Assembly: GCA_024704765.1 (NCBI GenBank)
Contig: JAKMXF010000222.1
Span: 310,001-374,000, forward strand
Reading direction: 5' to 3'
Length of the DNA: 64,000 nt
Source: Oopsacas minuta
Lineage: Eukaryota; Animalia; Porifera
Below are positions 26,001 to 38,400 of the stretch, in pieces. How positions within the stretch are numbered: position 1 is the stretch's first letter; each line of letters starts with the position of its first letter. The notes beneath the pieces were generated by a model, which was not told the DNA's origin, did no database searches, and saw nothing but the letters and a program-made list of their open reading frames with translations. The position numbers were made by a program, and so were the translations under genes.

Positions 26001-28082
26001 ACAAGCTTTGGATATAGAATATAATTCAAGTGATTTGATCATACAAACAGTTACACCGTTTCTTATCGCCACAAAACTCAGTCGTATGAAAAAGCCTAGA
26101 ATATCTGTTCCAAGTTCAGATCAATTCGTTGAACAAGCTATGCGTACTATAGGAAAATACAGCAGTACTACTGGTTACTTTTCGCATGAAATAATCGCAG
26201 GCATGAGACAGATAATGCCTGTGTTCATAGATCAATGGTTTTTCTTTAATATAACAATATTACGCTTGAAGTATGGCCAGAGAATAAAAGAAAAACTCAA
26301 TAGAAGTAATTGAGATAATTAATTACGAATTTTATGTACGTATAAAGTTATGTATGATAGTAGTTACAAGAAATGTTCGAATCAAATTGGATAGAGATCA
26401 AAAGATCTCAATACAATTCTAATATGGGGAAATATACAAATAACTTATATATAGCTCAACTATACTATAGTACAGTTTTTGTATATTAGCTTTTCTATGT
26501 TCGAGGAAAGGTCATTTGTTAGGCCTAACGAAAGTCACCTTTTTGGAATGAGGGTATGGCGTTTTTGTATTACAAAAACTGTACTAAAACTATAGTTGAG
26601 TTATATATAAGGAATCTGGGAAATATAATACAGTATTCACGATTTTGCATTTTTTATCTTTCAAAGCGCTGTATATACGTATTTATGTTCATGAAACTCC
26701 TATTACGATCACTTATGCATTCACTACCGAACGTTAGTTTCGAAATTTTCTGATACAAATATTTGAGTAGTATTTATAATTGAACGTACGTAGAAAAATC
26801 AATAAACTTACAGAAGCATTTCCTGCAGTCACAACTCCATTCTTCTTAAACACAGGTTTCAGCTTAGCTAGTTGCTCTATTGTAGTTATTTTAGGATGTT
26901 CATCTGTTTTGAAATCTTCCTTTCCTTTCTTGCCTTTAACTTGAATAGAACAGATTTCTTCATCGAATCTACCATCCTTATTAGCTATATACACGAAAGT
27001 TGGATTCATTTAATATGTAATTTTACACCAAATACAGAATTATTCATGTTTACCTTCATTCCATCTGTTCTGCGTCTGTAGTGCATAGTTGTCGCAGTCC
27101 TCTCTGCTAATATCGTACTTCTCAGCTAGATTCTCAGCTGTTATCGCCATTGGAAGATTACAATAAGTGTCACTCAATCCAGCCCAAAGAGTATCTTCAA
27201 ACTAACAATATTACTTGTTATCAACATATCCTGATAATTTGTCCATTGCCTTTTCAATTATAATCACGGTTAATACAATAATTACAAATTTTGTATTCGC
27301 ATTCAATTGTAACGGAACGAATATCCAATATATGACACTATTTGAATTAAATATTTATAAATTACAAATAGTGTACCTTCAAATCAATTCCTAATCTAGT
27401 TCCCCATCTAGCATCATAACTAGCTAGAGGAGCCATACTCATGTTCTCTGTGCCTCCTGTCAGGACTATTTGACTGTTTCCGAGAGCTATAGCCTAAACA
27501 TTATATCACAAATTATAGAATGCTATAAATATACGAAAATCGGGAAATGTATCATCTCGAATAAGTACATTCAACTCTATGTAGTATTTCGAAAACGGAA
27601 AAGGTCCACAAATTAGCCATTTTATTGATTTCAAAAACCGCATAAAAAGCGAAAATTGTGAGGAACATTTGCCCAATAAAACTAGAGTTGACTGTTACGT
27701 ATATCACCTCAGCAGCTGTAACTATAGATTGGAATCCAGATCCACACAGTCTATTAACTGTAAGAGCAATAGAGGAGATAGGAGCACCTGAATGTAGTCC
27801 TACATGTCTAGCTACATAGATACCATCACTTGAGGACTATAAATTGAGAAAAATGACTCATTTCGAGTTTATATAATAAGTTATATTCCAATATCTCACC
27901 TGTATTACATTTCCCATTACAACAGAATCAATATGTTCAGGCGGTATTTTACCAGCTAGTATAGTAGCTTTTGAAGCAGCTATAGCTAACTGTGTAGCTG
28001 TAGTGTTCTTAAGCTTACCTCCAAATGTACCGAATGGAGTTCTCTTAGCAGCTACTATGAATACTCCTCGAAACAAGGCCAT
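14025..28082 (-). CDS. ACAA2: 3-ketoacyl-CoA thiolase, mitochondrial (396 aa, 7 exons)
   Basis: Exons 28082-27900, 27836-27708, 27493-27377, 27201-27054, 26984-26812, 23591-23391, 14264-14025, all GT-AG and phase-consistent. Motifs [15 protein letters not shown] (catalytic Cys), [35 protein letters not shown]. Confidence 0.95.
14342..14472. mobile_element. hAT/Charlie-like MITE
   Basis: Perfect 13-bp TIR CAAGGTTTCTCAA / TTGAGAAACCTTG. TSD GTCTAGAG / ATCTAGAG matches the NTCTAGAN target preference of Charlie-type hATs. Confidence 0.8.
15146..15287. mobile_element. Tc1/mariner-like MITE (CAGTAAACTCGTTATAAC family), degenerate
   Basis: Starts CAGTAAACTCGTTATAAC and ends ...ACTGTA. A matching inverted end TTCGTTATAACGAGAGTTTACTGTA occurs near 19941-19965. 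Confidence 0.5.
15363..19007 (+). CDS. SAM-Ubl-vWA-UBC-U-box protein, paralog 1 (997 aa)
   Basis: Exons 15363-15566 (SAM-like) and 16218-19007, phase-0 GT-AG intron. QLEDSKTL resembles ubiquitin QLEDGRTL. vWA-like [27 protein letters not shown]-box [19 protein letters not shown]...DPISG. Confidence 0.85.
19317..19498. mobile_element. Tc1/mariner-like MITE
   Basis: TIR CAGTAGAACCTCGTTAAT / ATTAACGAGGTTCCACTG (17/18 match), TA on the left flank. Confidence 0.8.
19591..23168 (+). CDS. SAM-Ubl-vWA-UBC-U-box protein, paralog 2 (1127 aa)
   Basis: Exons 19591-19818 and 20013-23168, phase-0 GT-AG intron. vWA MIDAS DVSLS...TALYD...LTDG intact. [15 protein letters not shown]...[13 protein letters not shown]-box [12 protein letters not shown]...YER...DPITR. 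Confidence 0.9.
23663..23885. mobile_element. Tc1/mariner-like MITE carrying a nested hAT-like insert (23790-23859)
   Basis: Outer ends CAGTAGAATCGG / CCGAATTCTACTG flanked by TA. Inner element reads CAGCGGTTCCCAACCT on the minus strand, with flanks GGGTAAGT / GGGCAAGT. Confidence 0.7.
24035..25075 (+). CDS. DCAF7: DDB1- and CUL4-associated factor 7 (WDR68), intronless, nested in ACAA2 intron 5
   Basis: [48 protein letters not shown]-terminal LEILRV. Confidence 0.97.
   Translation: MATEANPRGKEIYKYSAPWPVYAMNWSFRPDHRYRLAVGSFVEEYSNKIQIVSLSNETGEFEVKYQFDHPYPSTRINWIPDPTGQMPDILATSGDYLRIWRVNSSEVKLETLLNNNKTSEFCAPLTSFDWNEVDPQLIGTCSIDTTCTIWSIETAQVVSRTKPTQLTGTIKTQLIAHDKEVYDISFSKSDKGRDLFISCGADGSIRLFDLRNLEHSTIIYEDQQHKALLRLAWNKQDTNYISAIAIDSTEVNLIDIRAPGTPVGVLQNHQSQLNGISWAPHSSCHICTAADDKKALIWDIQNLSRPIEDPLLAYQADGEINQVHWSTLHPDWIAICYKSNLEILRV
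25332..26313 (+). CDS. HSD17B12: Very-long-chain 3-oxoacyl-CoA reductase (HSD17B12-like SDR), with a 1-nt frameshift at ~25618-25623
   Basis: N-terminal [23 protein letters not shown] and YSACK (YxxxK). Removing one A from the A6 run restores a continuous 326-aa ORF ([24 protein letters not shown]). Confidence 0.85.
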
Positions 28083-28544
28083 ACTCTCTATAAACTAAGT
28101 ATATTTACAAAATAAGATTAGTTTCTGGCAACGGGACTTCCTTGTATGGAATTATTGAAATTTTTACTCAAAATAATTATTCCGAGAAAACCTCAGCCTT
28201 CAGGTACATAAACAATTTGTATTACAAATTGAAAATCAATTTTATGAGCTTGCTTTAGGGCAGAAATTTCCCAATTCCTATCCGTTTAAATATTTCTTAA
28301 TTTTTTCACAATTTTTGTAATTTGATTGTAAAAAGTAGAATATAATTATTCATAAACTGTGTAACATTTTCCATAATTATTGCCTATTTCTAATTAGCCG
28401 ATATTTATTGAAATTAATCCAATTTTCTTGCTACAACTGACTATAATTTTCCATTAGCTCATCATTGAATCCCTCTAGACATTAAAACTGATTCTCAATA
28501 ATTAACCTGAAATTCATTAATTCTAATAGCTAAAATATCTGTAA

Positions 28545-29093
28545 TTACATAAGATCAAAATCATCTCTCTCTTCCCTATACTCCAGTACATGTTTCTTAA
28601 TTTTAGATGTATTCGTCCATGTGACGAAATCTTCCAAACTTCTCGTGACTAGGAAAGCTGGATCAGTTACAACCTCAGGTCCAACTCGCACATGGCCCTG
28701 TTCAATGAATTGCACTGCATGTTTTAGATGCTGAGCCATTCTTAGTTTAACCATTACCACAGGTAGCCGCCTACGACAGAACGATCCTACCGAGACACGT
28801 ACACACTCTTCCAATCTCTTTTTAGTCGGTATAACCCCCATAGTGTATAGCTTTTCTAAAAGCTGTTCTGTGACGTCATTACGGAATTTGCTTTGTGTTG
28901 GTAAATCTCGTATTTTGAGAGTTAAGCGTATTATTGATTTTGTTAGTTTGTAATATTTGTTGTAGTCTTCTCGTTTCTGTAAATGATATCTACGTATTGT
29001 TTTAACTGCCTCTAGATTGTCATCACTTTTCCAGCTTATGAAATCAACTTTCTTCAAAAGCTTCCGTTCATGATACCTTAGTTTGCGGACCAT
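28545..29093 (-). CDS. IMP3: U3 snoRNP protein IMP3 (S4 domain), intronless
   Basis: [48 protein letters not shown]. Confidence 0.97.
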   Translation of the reverse strand: MVRKLRYHERKLLKKVDFISWKSDDNLEAVKTIRRYHLQKREDYNKYYKLTKSIIRLTLKIRDLPTQSKFRNDVTEQLLEKLYTMGVIPTKKRLEECVRVSVGSFCRRRLPVVMVKLRMAQHLKHAVQFIEQGHVRVGPEVVTDPAFLVTRSLEDFVTWTNTSKIKKHVLEYREERDDFDLM

Positions 29094-29517
29094 TTTGCTG
29101 TAATTTGAAAGAATATCATTTAGAAAGTATTTAGAGATAATAATTCAAGGAATGAATTCTCGATTATGATCGTTAGAAAAATCGGCAAATTTTATCAATT
29201 TATCTTAATAACTTCAACTATATTATAAGATAATGAACATTTGCAAATACAGTAGAAATCGGTTAATACGAATTGTTCTCCAAAACGGATTAGCTATTCT
29301 TGTGCTAATTGTTAGAAATATTCAGAAAAGACGTGTACTAATTTTGTTTTCAGTGTAATCAAATCAAAGTAATATCAAAATTTAATTCTCATTTTACACA
29401 ATTTTCCAACAACAATAATAAATATACAATCATGAATTAACAGAATAAGTAAGTGATCTCATACAAATTCATAGAAGTGATCTATTGACAATATTTAACC
29501 GATCGAAGTGATTAGAA

Positions 29518-32500
29518 TTAATCAAAGTTGGATAAAATATTTTCAACTTTATGTGCAGTTAGCCTAGCCATTGGATCTCTATACCAACATTCTCGTAGTG
29601 TAGGTAGAAGTTTAGCTAGAGAATTAGTTTCAGCCCATCTATCTGGAATATACGGCCGATTATTCTGTACAACTACAAACTCGTACATTTCATCCAGTGA
29701 AGGATCTGAAGGGAAATTGTCCTCATAAGGTAGTTGCGGTTTTTCACACTCCAACTTTGTGCAACTTTTCCATCTAAGTCCAATCTCCCACAACACAAGA
29801 CCCATGCTGTATACATCTGATTGTTTGAGGGAATCAATTTGTCTCAAGTCTAGACTACCAGTCAATGCTTCAGGAGACATATATCTACAAAGTATTTTGG
29901 TGAAGTTAGTAGTATAGTTATAAATTTACATTATACAATGGCATGTAGAAAGGAAGATACCCTATTGACATGGACGATGGACGACGTCTGTTCATCTGTC
30001 CAAGGTTGCCTGAGAAAACTAAAAATTGGTACATACATACGGACACATTCTGGGGTGTAGATGTGTATAAATCTTTCAGTGTGAATATTTTCGCATCTTT
30101 TTGACAGTTGAAAGCTGTTCGTGTCAATGATACGTGGTAAATTAAACTCGTTAAAATCGGATCGAATCTACATTCTATGGACAATCATTGAGAAAAATAA
30201 AAAGTGCAATAAGCATGAGTATCAAGTTCACGTACTGCGATATTATTACAAATTGACAACTCTTCCATTAACTAATACAACAACATTGTTGGTCCAGAAC
30301 AAGTGGGACAATACTTGTAAATAATATTCATTATCATACAAACTCACTACCGGTAGAAGCAGGAATTTGTATGATAATGAATATTATTTACAAGTATTGT
30401 CCCACTTGTTCTGGACCAACAATGTTGTTGTATTAGTTAATGGAAGAGTTGTCAATTTGTAATAATAGTTCCAAACGAAATTTCTACCAAATTTATTGAA
30501 ACACTAATTGATTTAGTCTCAATTAATATCACAGTACGTGGCGTCTCACACAGTATAATTACTGTATTTTAGGCTATTTATATGTTTCAAAATATAATTC
30601 TTAAAGCTTAAGGTTGTGATATAATTGTTAATTTGCGAATCAATAATGGATATGCTTTAGCCTGTAAATGTTACTTAATATTGTATTTATGTACACGTAC
30701 ATATATATATTTATGTCACGAGATTGTCACTTTTGAGGTTTTAGAAAATGATCGGAATTTGTCCTTTATATGTTTTCGCTTGAACTTAGTTATATATTTG
30801 CTCCAAATTTCCATTAACAAAATTTTTGGAATTTACGTTTTATATGTATATGGGTGGTAAGGGAACAACCTCAAATTTTCAAAGTGGACCAACCGGACTT
30901 GGGGTACAGGCCCTGACTAAGGTATATACAAGGTTTACTTCTGATTTGGTATTGGGCTAGCGTGAAGCTTCAATACAGTTGTTAATGGGAACAAGATAGT
31001 ACATATATATATTCCTAGTGAGTCATGTTGGCAGTCATATACCATATCAAAAAACGGTGAATTTACAGAAATACCAACTCTCATGCCTTTCAGAAGTCAA
31101 CAAAGTTAAATCTCCAGATAACGCCCTCATGAATTGCTGCCTTATTGAGTATTGATACGGTAATACTATTCATTCAGTTGTAACCTTACATTACAGTCAG
31201 CTATTTAAAAAAGTGTGAGTATCAAATTCAGATGCTGCTAATTATCGGAGGTTATTAGTGCTTTAGATGCTACTGAGACGGCTAAGACCAAACTAAATTA
31301 CCATACTCATCGTATGAATTTGATCCTTAGCATAACGTCTATCGATGAGCAAGACTTCAACTTTTGGATAATGAGGCTCAACAAGATAATACTAACAAAT
31401 AGTTGAAACTACTAATTGCTTTAGTCTCAATTAGTTTTTCACAGCACCTAATCGTCTCACACAATTTAAAGTCGTTTTCGAAGATATTTATACGTTTCAA
31501 TTATGAATTCTTAAAATTTAAGGTTGCACTAAAATATAACTTCCGTTAGATCAAACACAGATATCAAATATCGAAGTATGAAATCGTGTATGCAGGTTCT
31601 ACTGTATGTAATTGCTAATTACGTAATTTATAATTATAAATCAACCGTACACCTCAAAATCAAAGAATTTTCTTATATAAATAATTTTCCAAAACATCAT
31701 AAGTGTATGAGACGCCAATTACCTTTCAATGCTCATTGAGCCAAAGCAATGCGCTGATTATAACACTTTGGGTAATCTGAGTGGAGACGGATATTGGAAT
31801 TCTTGTATATTTCCCCTCCAGCCACCTCCCCTTCCCCGCATGTACCATCTGCCCCTACCGTCCACTTGGGGGAGGTAGTTGAAAAAGAAACTCATATTTT
31901 TGCTGAATTATTAAAATAATATTTTTTGTGTATTGGCTTCCACATCAACAAAATTTGGTCAGTACGATACGAAGCAGTTATATTTTCCCAACCTTTAACA
32001 GTCATACAGACGAATAAAATGAACTCACCTCCTTGTTCCTTGTGTAGGCTCTGCAATCTTAAAATCACTCTGAAAACCCTCACGTATTGCCATACCTAAA
32101 TCCCCTATACAACATTCACCATCTAACTTTACTAAAATATTTCTACTTTTGATGTCTCGGTGAGCTATTGCAGGCTTGTATGCATCTTTAGCTTTGACAT
32201 CTTCGTGAAGGAATGCTAATCCATTCGCTAGCGTTCTAGCTAGTTTCAAAGCTTCAATATGTTCAAGTTGTCTATGGTTTAGATAGCTGTATAGTGAACC
32301 GTTTGGATGTAAATCTGTTACCAACCATAACTGTATTGATTCGTTATCATCCTTCATATCTGCAGCTATAAACCCAAGAATATTGCTATGACGTAGCATA
32401 CAGGTTCTATAAATATCTGCTTCGTGTTTCCATGAATCTTCATTGTGTGAGAAGAATATCTTTACTGCTACTTTATTGCCTCTCCAGCTGCCTATAATTC

Positions 32501-33712
32501 ATAAGGTGCTAGGTTTAATTGATAGATAAAGAATTTGCTTTTATTGATAACGTAATCTATCACTTGATTATTACTAGAATTTTATAGCAAATTTGCTTCT
32601 GAAAATTAACTACAGTGGTGTTCTCTATTAGCAAATCGCCTCTCTCAACAATTTTTTTCAGGGACTTAAAGTCCATTTTGTATTGAATAGTTTCTCTAAT
32701 AGCTAGTTTGCATATTAGCAAGGGAAATTCGTGCAAAATACGACTAACTAATTGGCGAAATACTTACGATTTTATTTGGCTTTTTAGCAAATATTTGCCT
32801 GAAATTTCTATGTAAAACTTAGAAATACATGGAAATTTCGAAAATCCCAGCATTTGCCAAAAATATCCCGGGAAAGTATGTAATGGGTTGGTAAGTATGT
32901 TAACTCTAGATATAAAGTTAAATTTTCATGTGGATATTACTGATAGAGAAATTAAAGAACTCACCTTCATAAACTGTTCCATATCTACCCTGTCCTAATA
33001 TCCTCGTTACAGATATATGTCTACTGATAGTTCTCTGTTCTAGAAGAGGTATACCTGTAGCACTACTAGACACAGTACATTCTCCATACGTCATTGTAGA
33101 CAACGGATATACATCTGTATCAATTGTACCAGACACGCGTGTATGTGTATCAAAAAACGGATGTTGACTACCTCGAATACTTTTCCTATATCTATGTTTT
33201 CCACGGAATGACATGCATACTGCAATCAGTAATGATATACATACGCCTGTACAAACGAGAGGTACTAGAATTGATGGGAGAACTAGTTGTACAATACTTG
33301 TAGACCATTGACCCTGTCCTTGAAGTGTGGGTGTTGTAATCAGCTGAGTCGATAGCGGGAATATTGATGGCATTATGCTAGCAGTATTGCTGTTACAGAG
33401 ATCAGTACTGCAACAGTATGTGTATTCTACATACTTTCTCTGGTTATAAATTCTTATACGCTGATTCGGAGTATCACAATGGAACTCACTGGAATCTCCA
33501 GTATCACCACCTACACACCCCTGCTCAAACCGATCAGGGATTCGTGCATTGAATGCTGAATCTGTTTCGTAATCTTCTACTACTAGACATCTAGGAGGAG
33601 TGGGATGTATATCCTTGTTATATGTTACAGTACAAGTATCCTGTGTGTTAGATATCTTCCTAATGCATGTTAATTCTGTGGAGTTACTGGTGGTAGCTGC
33701 AATTGATGACAT
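29518..33712 (-). CDS. TGF-beta/activin/BMP family type I receptor Ser/Thr kinase (5' end uncertain)
   Basis: Exons 33712-32965, 32491-32029, 29884-29518 (GT-AG, phases 1 and 2). Ectodomain CCSTDLCN box, TM segment, GS-region GIPLLEQRTISR, GQGRYG, VAVKIF, HRDIKSRN, DLG, GTRRYMSPE. Confidence 0.9.
30241..30467. repeat. Perfect 102-bp inverted repeat with a 23-nt loop
   Basis: 30241-30342 is the exact reverse complement of 30366-30467, checked base by base. Confidence 0.95.
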
Positions 33713-35438
33713 TTGCTATAGCATGTACGTAATACATATATATGTTATTGCTAATCTTATTTGTGATATAAATGTTGTTTAGAATATACATATTTAACAT
33801 CATGTACAGATGTACTACATTATCAATTTGGTCGATCACTGCACAAAATTCTTGAAACTTAATACATCCGAATATCAGGAAATTTTCGCGTAAAAATCTT
33901 TCGTAAAACTTCTCCTGTGTGTCGAAACTCGGAAGTACCCGGAATATTTGTTTGCACGAAAATTACATTTGCATATCCGCATGAGCTCGTCATGACTTTC
34001 TATTACTTTATCATATTTATTCATACAGTCCAGACTGTTTAATTGGGGAAAATCTCATTCAAGTTAATCCTAAATATTTTCGGTTAATCGGGACAAACTC
34101 TAGTAAATATTAGTAACTCAATCAGGACGACATTTCTCTTGATTTAGAAAATTCTAATAAGCTTGGCGCGTGGATAAAATATGGCTAAATATAGGCTAAA
34201 TTTGGCCAAATTCTATTTACTGGTGATTGTTATATATTTACGGAAATCTCGTAAGCTACATGTCCGTCAATGAAATATCACAACAAAAATTTGGATATCA
34301 ATAATTAGAAATCTCAAGGCATTCAGTGAACTCACACTCAATTTAACTCAATAGCCTAGCTTTATACTGGAATTATCCACATATCCTACTCCAATTTGCA
34401 TAATTAAAACTTCCACTCATGTGTTACTTTGAACTGATAAGTTAAGACAATGTAGCAAGCTTTATAAGTTCAATTTATAAAGAATTATGTCTCAAATACA
34501 GCTGAATAGGAATTAATGAAACCTTTTGATTGCCCAGAAACTGTGTAACTAGCTCATCTACAAATTGAATTAGACTTTTAAGTGTTTTCCATTAATTAGC
34601 TCAAAATTTAAATACTTAAGTCTTCTCAGAAAGTAATAAACGGATAAATATCTGTAATAGAAGGTTACTAACAGTATGTTAAAGTTCATGTAGTCTGAAT
34701 TATCTGTCAAGTTAAATTCCAAAAAGACGTACAGAAATACTACCCGCTTACATTGCGGCAAACTTTTTGTAACATAATTTCACATCGGTTAGATCTAAGT
34801 AATTATCACTGTCCCTGACTTTAATTATCGCAATCCCTTGACTTGTATTTGTATCTATTTGGTATATATTCTGCTCAGACAAAATGACAAAACTTGTATT
34901 ATCAAAAATTCTCTATCTCCAGTTTTCTGTAGTCACTAGTCAGCAAAGATAAAGGAAGTAATATTCATTCCGATAAATGTAAGTAGTTTGTAATGAAACC
35001 TTCCACAAATTCTTTCAGCACAGGGAATGATAAAATTTAAATAGGATTTGATTAGAAAATAGTATATCACTCTTATTAGTATTTGAGCCCTTCTGATCCA
35101 CCGTCTTGGTCAGGGTCGCGATTTCATGATTCCGGAAAATTCCAATACTGGACAATCCTTTTTGTTAAAATACTCTCTTATCGAAGTAAACATTTTGATA
35201 TTGTTCAAATAAATATTACAGGTTAACCAATATTATTAGCAACTAAAAAGATATAGATCTGAAATATATCAATAGAAAAACCATTCGATAACGTATAGCT
35301 TAACTTGAATGTATGAAATACTACAGAATGATAGAGAAAGGTAAGCAAAATTCAAAAAGTTAAAATTTACAAGGCTATAATTGGGAGACAGATTGGAATC
35401 TTGATAATATCCTATCAGCAGATATCCCCTTTTTTTAC

Positions 35439-38400
35439 CTTTTTCTTCTGTTCAAAATGTTCTACATAAGCTGCTGGGAAAATTCCTCTTTCTATTCCAT
35501 CTGTCCCATGTAGCCAGCCGTCTCCTTCACTTCTGCTCACGAACACAAGCTGAAGAATAGTAAATAATATAATATAATATACTGTGTTCAAGTTGTATGG
35601 ACATTTTTGGTATTTTTCCTTGGAAAATTTTTTGCAAATTCCTTAAAACCCGTTTTGGTTTCTAAATAAAACAGGGCATATGCGCAGCGGAGGAGGGATG
35701 AAAGCATAGACCCCAACCATTTACTTTCCATATGCTGGTTATCATACCATTTTTACGGTTTATTGCAAAATATAGATAAGTAAAGATGATAGATTCTAAG
35801 AAAAATGACCCTAACATAACATCAAGTGGATGATTTGGGTAATTTACTAGAATGAATCAAAATATTCAAATAGGTAATACAAGTTATCGCTACATAAGCT
35901 GGTCACTTGGGGTGTGTGGATGAAAGTTCATGAAATCTTTAATCATTATTTCCATTACCCATTGGTCTAAACTCCAGACTAGGGACTAGGAACTAGGAGA
36001 CAAGACTATAACAATTATTACCTGTCCTAATTTAAGTTTGATCTCTTCTCTTGTTTGAGGTTGGAAGTCATAGAGTGCAATGTATATTTCTTCATTTTCT
36101 TCTAAAGTCTATTAGATACATGATTATATTATTTAATTGTTTTTCGTAATGTTGTATAACAGTAATATAATTATGACTTACATGGACGTAATTGTAGGGT
36201 ACAAATCCAGTTTTCCCTCTGAGAGTTGCCTAATATACAACAATTTTGTCAAAATATTTGAAAATAGTTACAAATATAGAGTGGTATTACCTGCCACCAA
36301 TCCCTATCTGCCCAATTCTTAAGCTCCATAATGTCCCCTTTCCTAAAAGCATCAATAGAAAATTATATATTTTTTGGCAGAATTGTGAATAATTAAAATA
36401 TTCATAATTTCAAAACTTTACTTGAAGCTGAGATCTTGAGTATCTTGTGCAGCATAATCGAATAGAGATACACATAATTTTACTTGTCCTTTCTAAACAA
36501 TAAAGAGCATTAGACTGATGGTAAATACAATTATATAAAACTCACAGATTTTTCTGTCATAGATTCTGATCTAGCTACAAGATCGTAATAAGCTAGATAA
36601 AGTAGTACACAGTATAGTAATTAGCAAGAGATACATTATTGAAATGGCTTTTATTAAATTCCATTGACTCAGTGGCGGTGCTAGGGCATACTTGCCGAGA
36701 TTCTCGGAATGTTACAAGGAACACAGGGAAGAAATCGCAAAATTCTATGTGCCATTTTCCCAAATAATAGCCTAAAATTGCATACCATATTTAAGGGAAA
36801 TTTTAAATAAATTCATTCCCAGGAAATTATTATCTGGAGTTGGTAAGTAAGAGGGAAAGGAGGTATAGTTATGATATGTCCTTAATAAAATACCTGGTGT
36901 AGCTATAGATAGAGGTTCAAATATCTCTTCTAATTGCTCATTAGGACTTTCAGATATTGTGTTAACAGGTGTTTCGCCATCCATATCTCCTCCATCTTGG
37001 AAACTAGACAGAGATATTGGTATTACTCGGGGATCAGGTGCTTTATACATGTTATCTTCAGCTAGATCAACACTAGGAACACGTTCATAGGGCTCTTCAT
37101 CACTGTCATCTAATGTTAAGGAGGAAAACATTGTGAGAAACTACACAAGCGTACTTTTTTAACACGGAAAGTATTTGCCCAAAATGAAAAACATACCATA
37201 TTGCAAATCTCCTCCCAAAAATTAATATATGTAAACAAATTTTTGTGTTCTCTAGGTTTCGCACAGCCGCACGGACGGAATGAAGTCGTACTCGTCCATG
37301 CCAATAGGGAAGTAGTTTCCAACCTGGGTCCAAGCGAATAAATTTCAATCTACAGTGTGGAACCTTCCACAGTTTTTAAGGAAATTCTAATCATAGTTGG
37401 AAATTTGTTCACAATAGACTCTAGTTAATACGAATAGTGTCAAGGGACTGTGTATATATGTTTTGTTTGTATTAACATAAGTCAGAGACTATGATTATAT
37501 ATTAGCAATGCATTATGTGCAAGATTTCGTGGAGCTGATAGAAGGCCTACCAGAAGAGGTCGTGGGTAAATTAAAGAAAATTAAAGAGCTAGATCAAGAA
37601 GTACAAACTTTACTCAGAAATATTCGTAAGAAAGAAACTATCTATTTTTCTGAAGCAGCTGATAAAACGGAAGAACAAAGAACATTTGAATCAAATAAAA
37701 TTTTAAAGGATTATGATGAAGTATCAAAAATCGGGTATACAAAAGTCAAATTAGCTTCAGAACTTGAAACACTTGCTGGACAATATTATAGAAAATTAGA
37801 GGGAGATTTGGAGAAATTTAAGAAGGAATTAGAAGCGGAGACACCAGGAATAACCGAAAAATTAGAACGTAAGAAACATATTGAACCTAATATATCATTA
37901 ATAGATGATTGGGTCGGAAGATTCTCTGAATCAAACAGCCCAGGTGGAATTGATCGACGTGAACAATCGCGATTTGAACCTGTATCGAATATATTTGATG
38001 AAACATTCCCCTATGAGCACGATAAATCGCTGTCAGGTCTCGAGCTAATGGATCAAGACGACAGTCTATTGAATGCACCGCAGAATATGGAAGAGATTTC
38101 TATCGTCCCTAGGCCCGGACAAACGATAGAATGGTTGCCACACAAAATCGATCCAAACGAACCAACATACTGTACATGTAACCAGGTGTCCTATGGAGAG
38201 ATGGTGGGCTGTGATAATCAAAAATGTCCCATTGAATGGTTCCACTATGCATGTGTCGGGATTAAAGAACCACCTACTGGTAATTGGTATTGTCCCTTGT
38301 GTAGAAGTATGCAGAAAAGACAAGATAGCGATCTTACGACTGATTAACTAGAAATTCATAGTCTTGTTTTGTATTAAAAATGTAAAATACAGGATATCCG

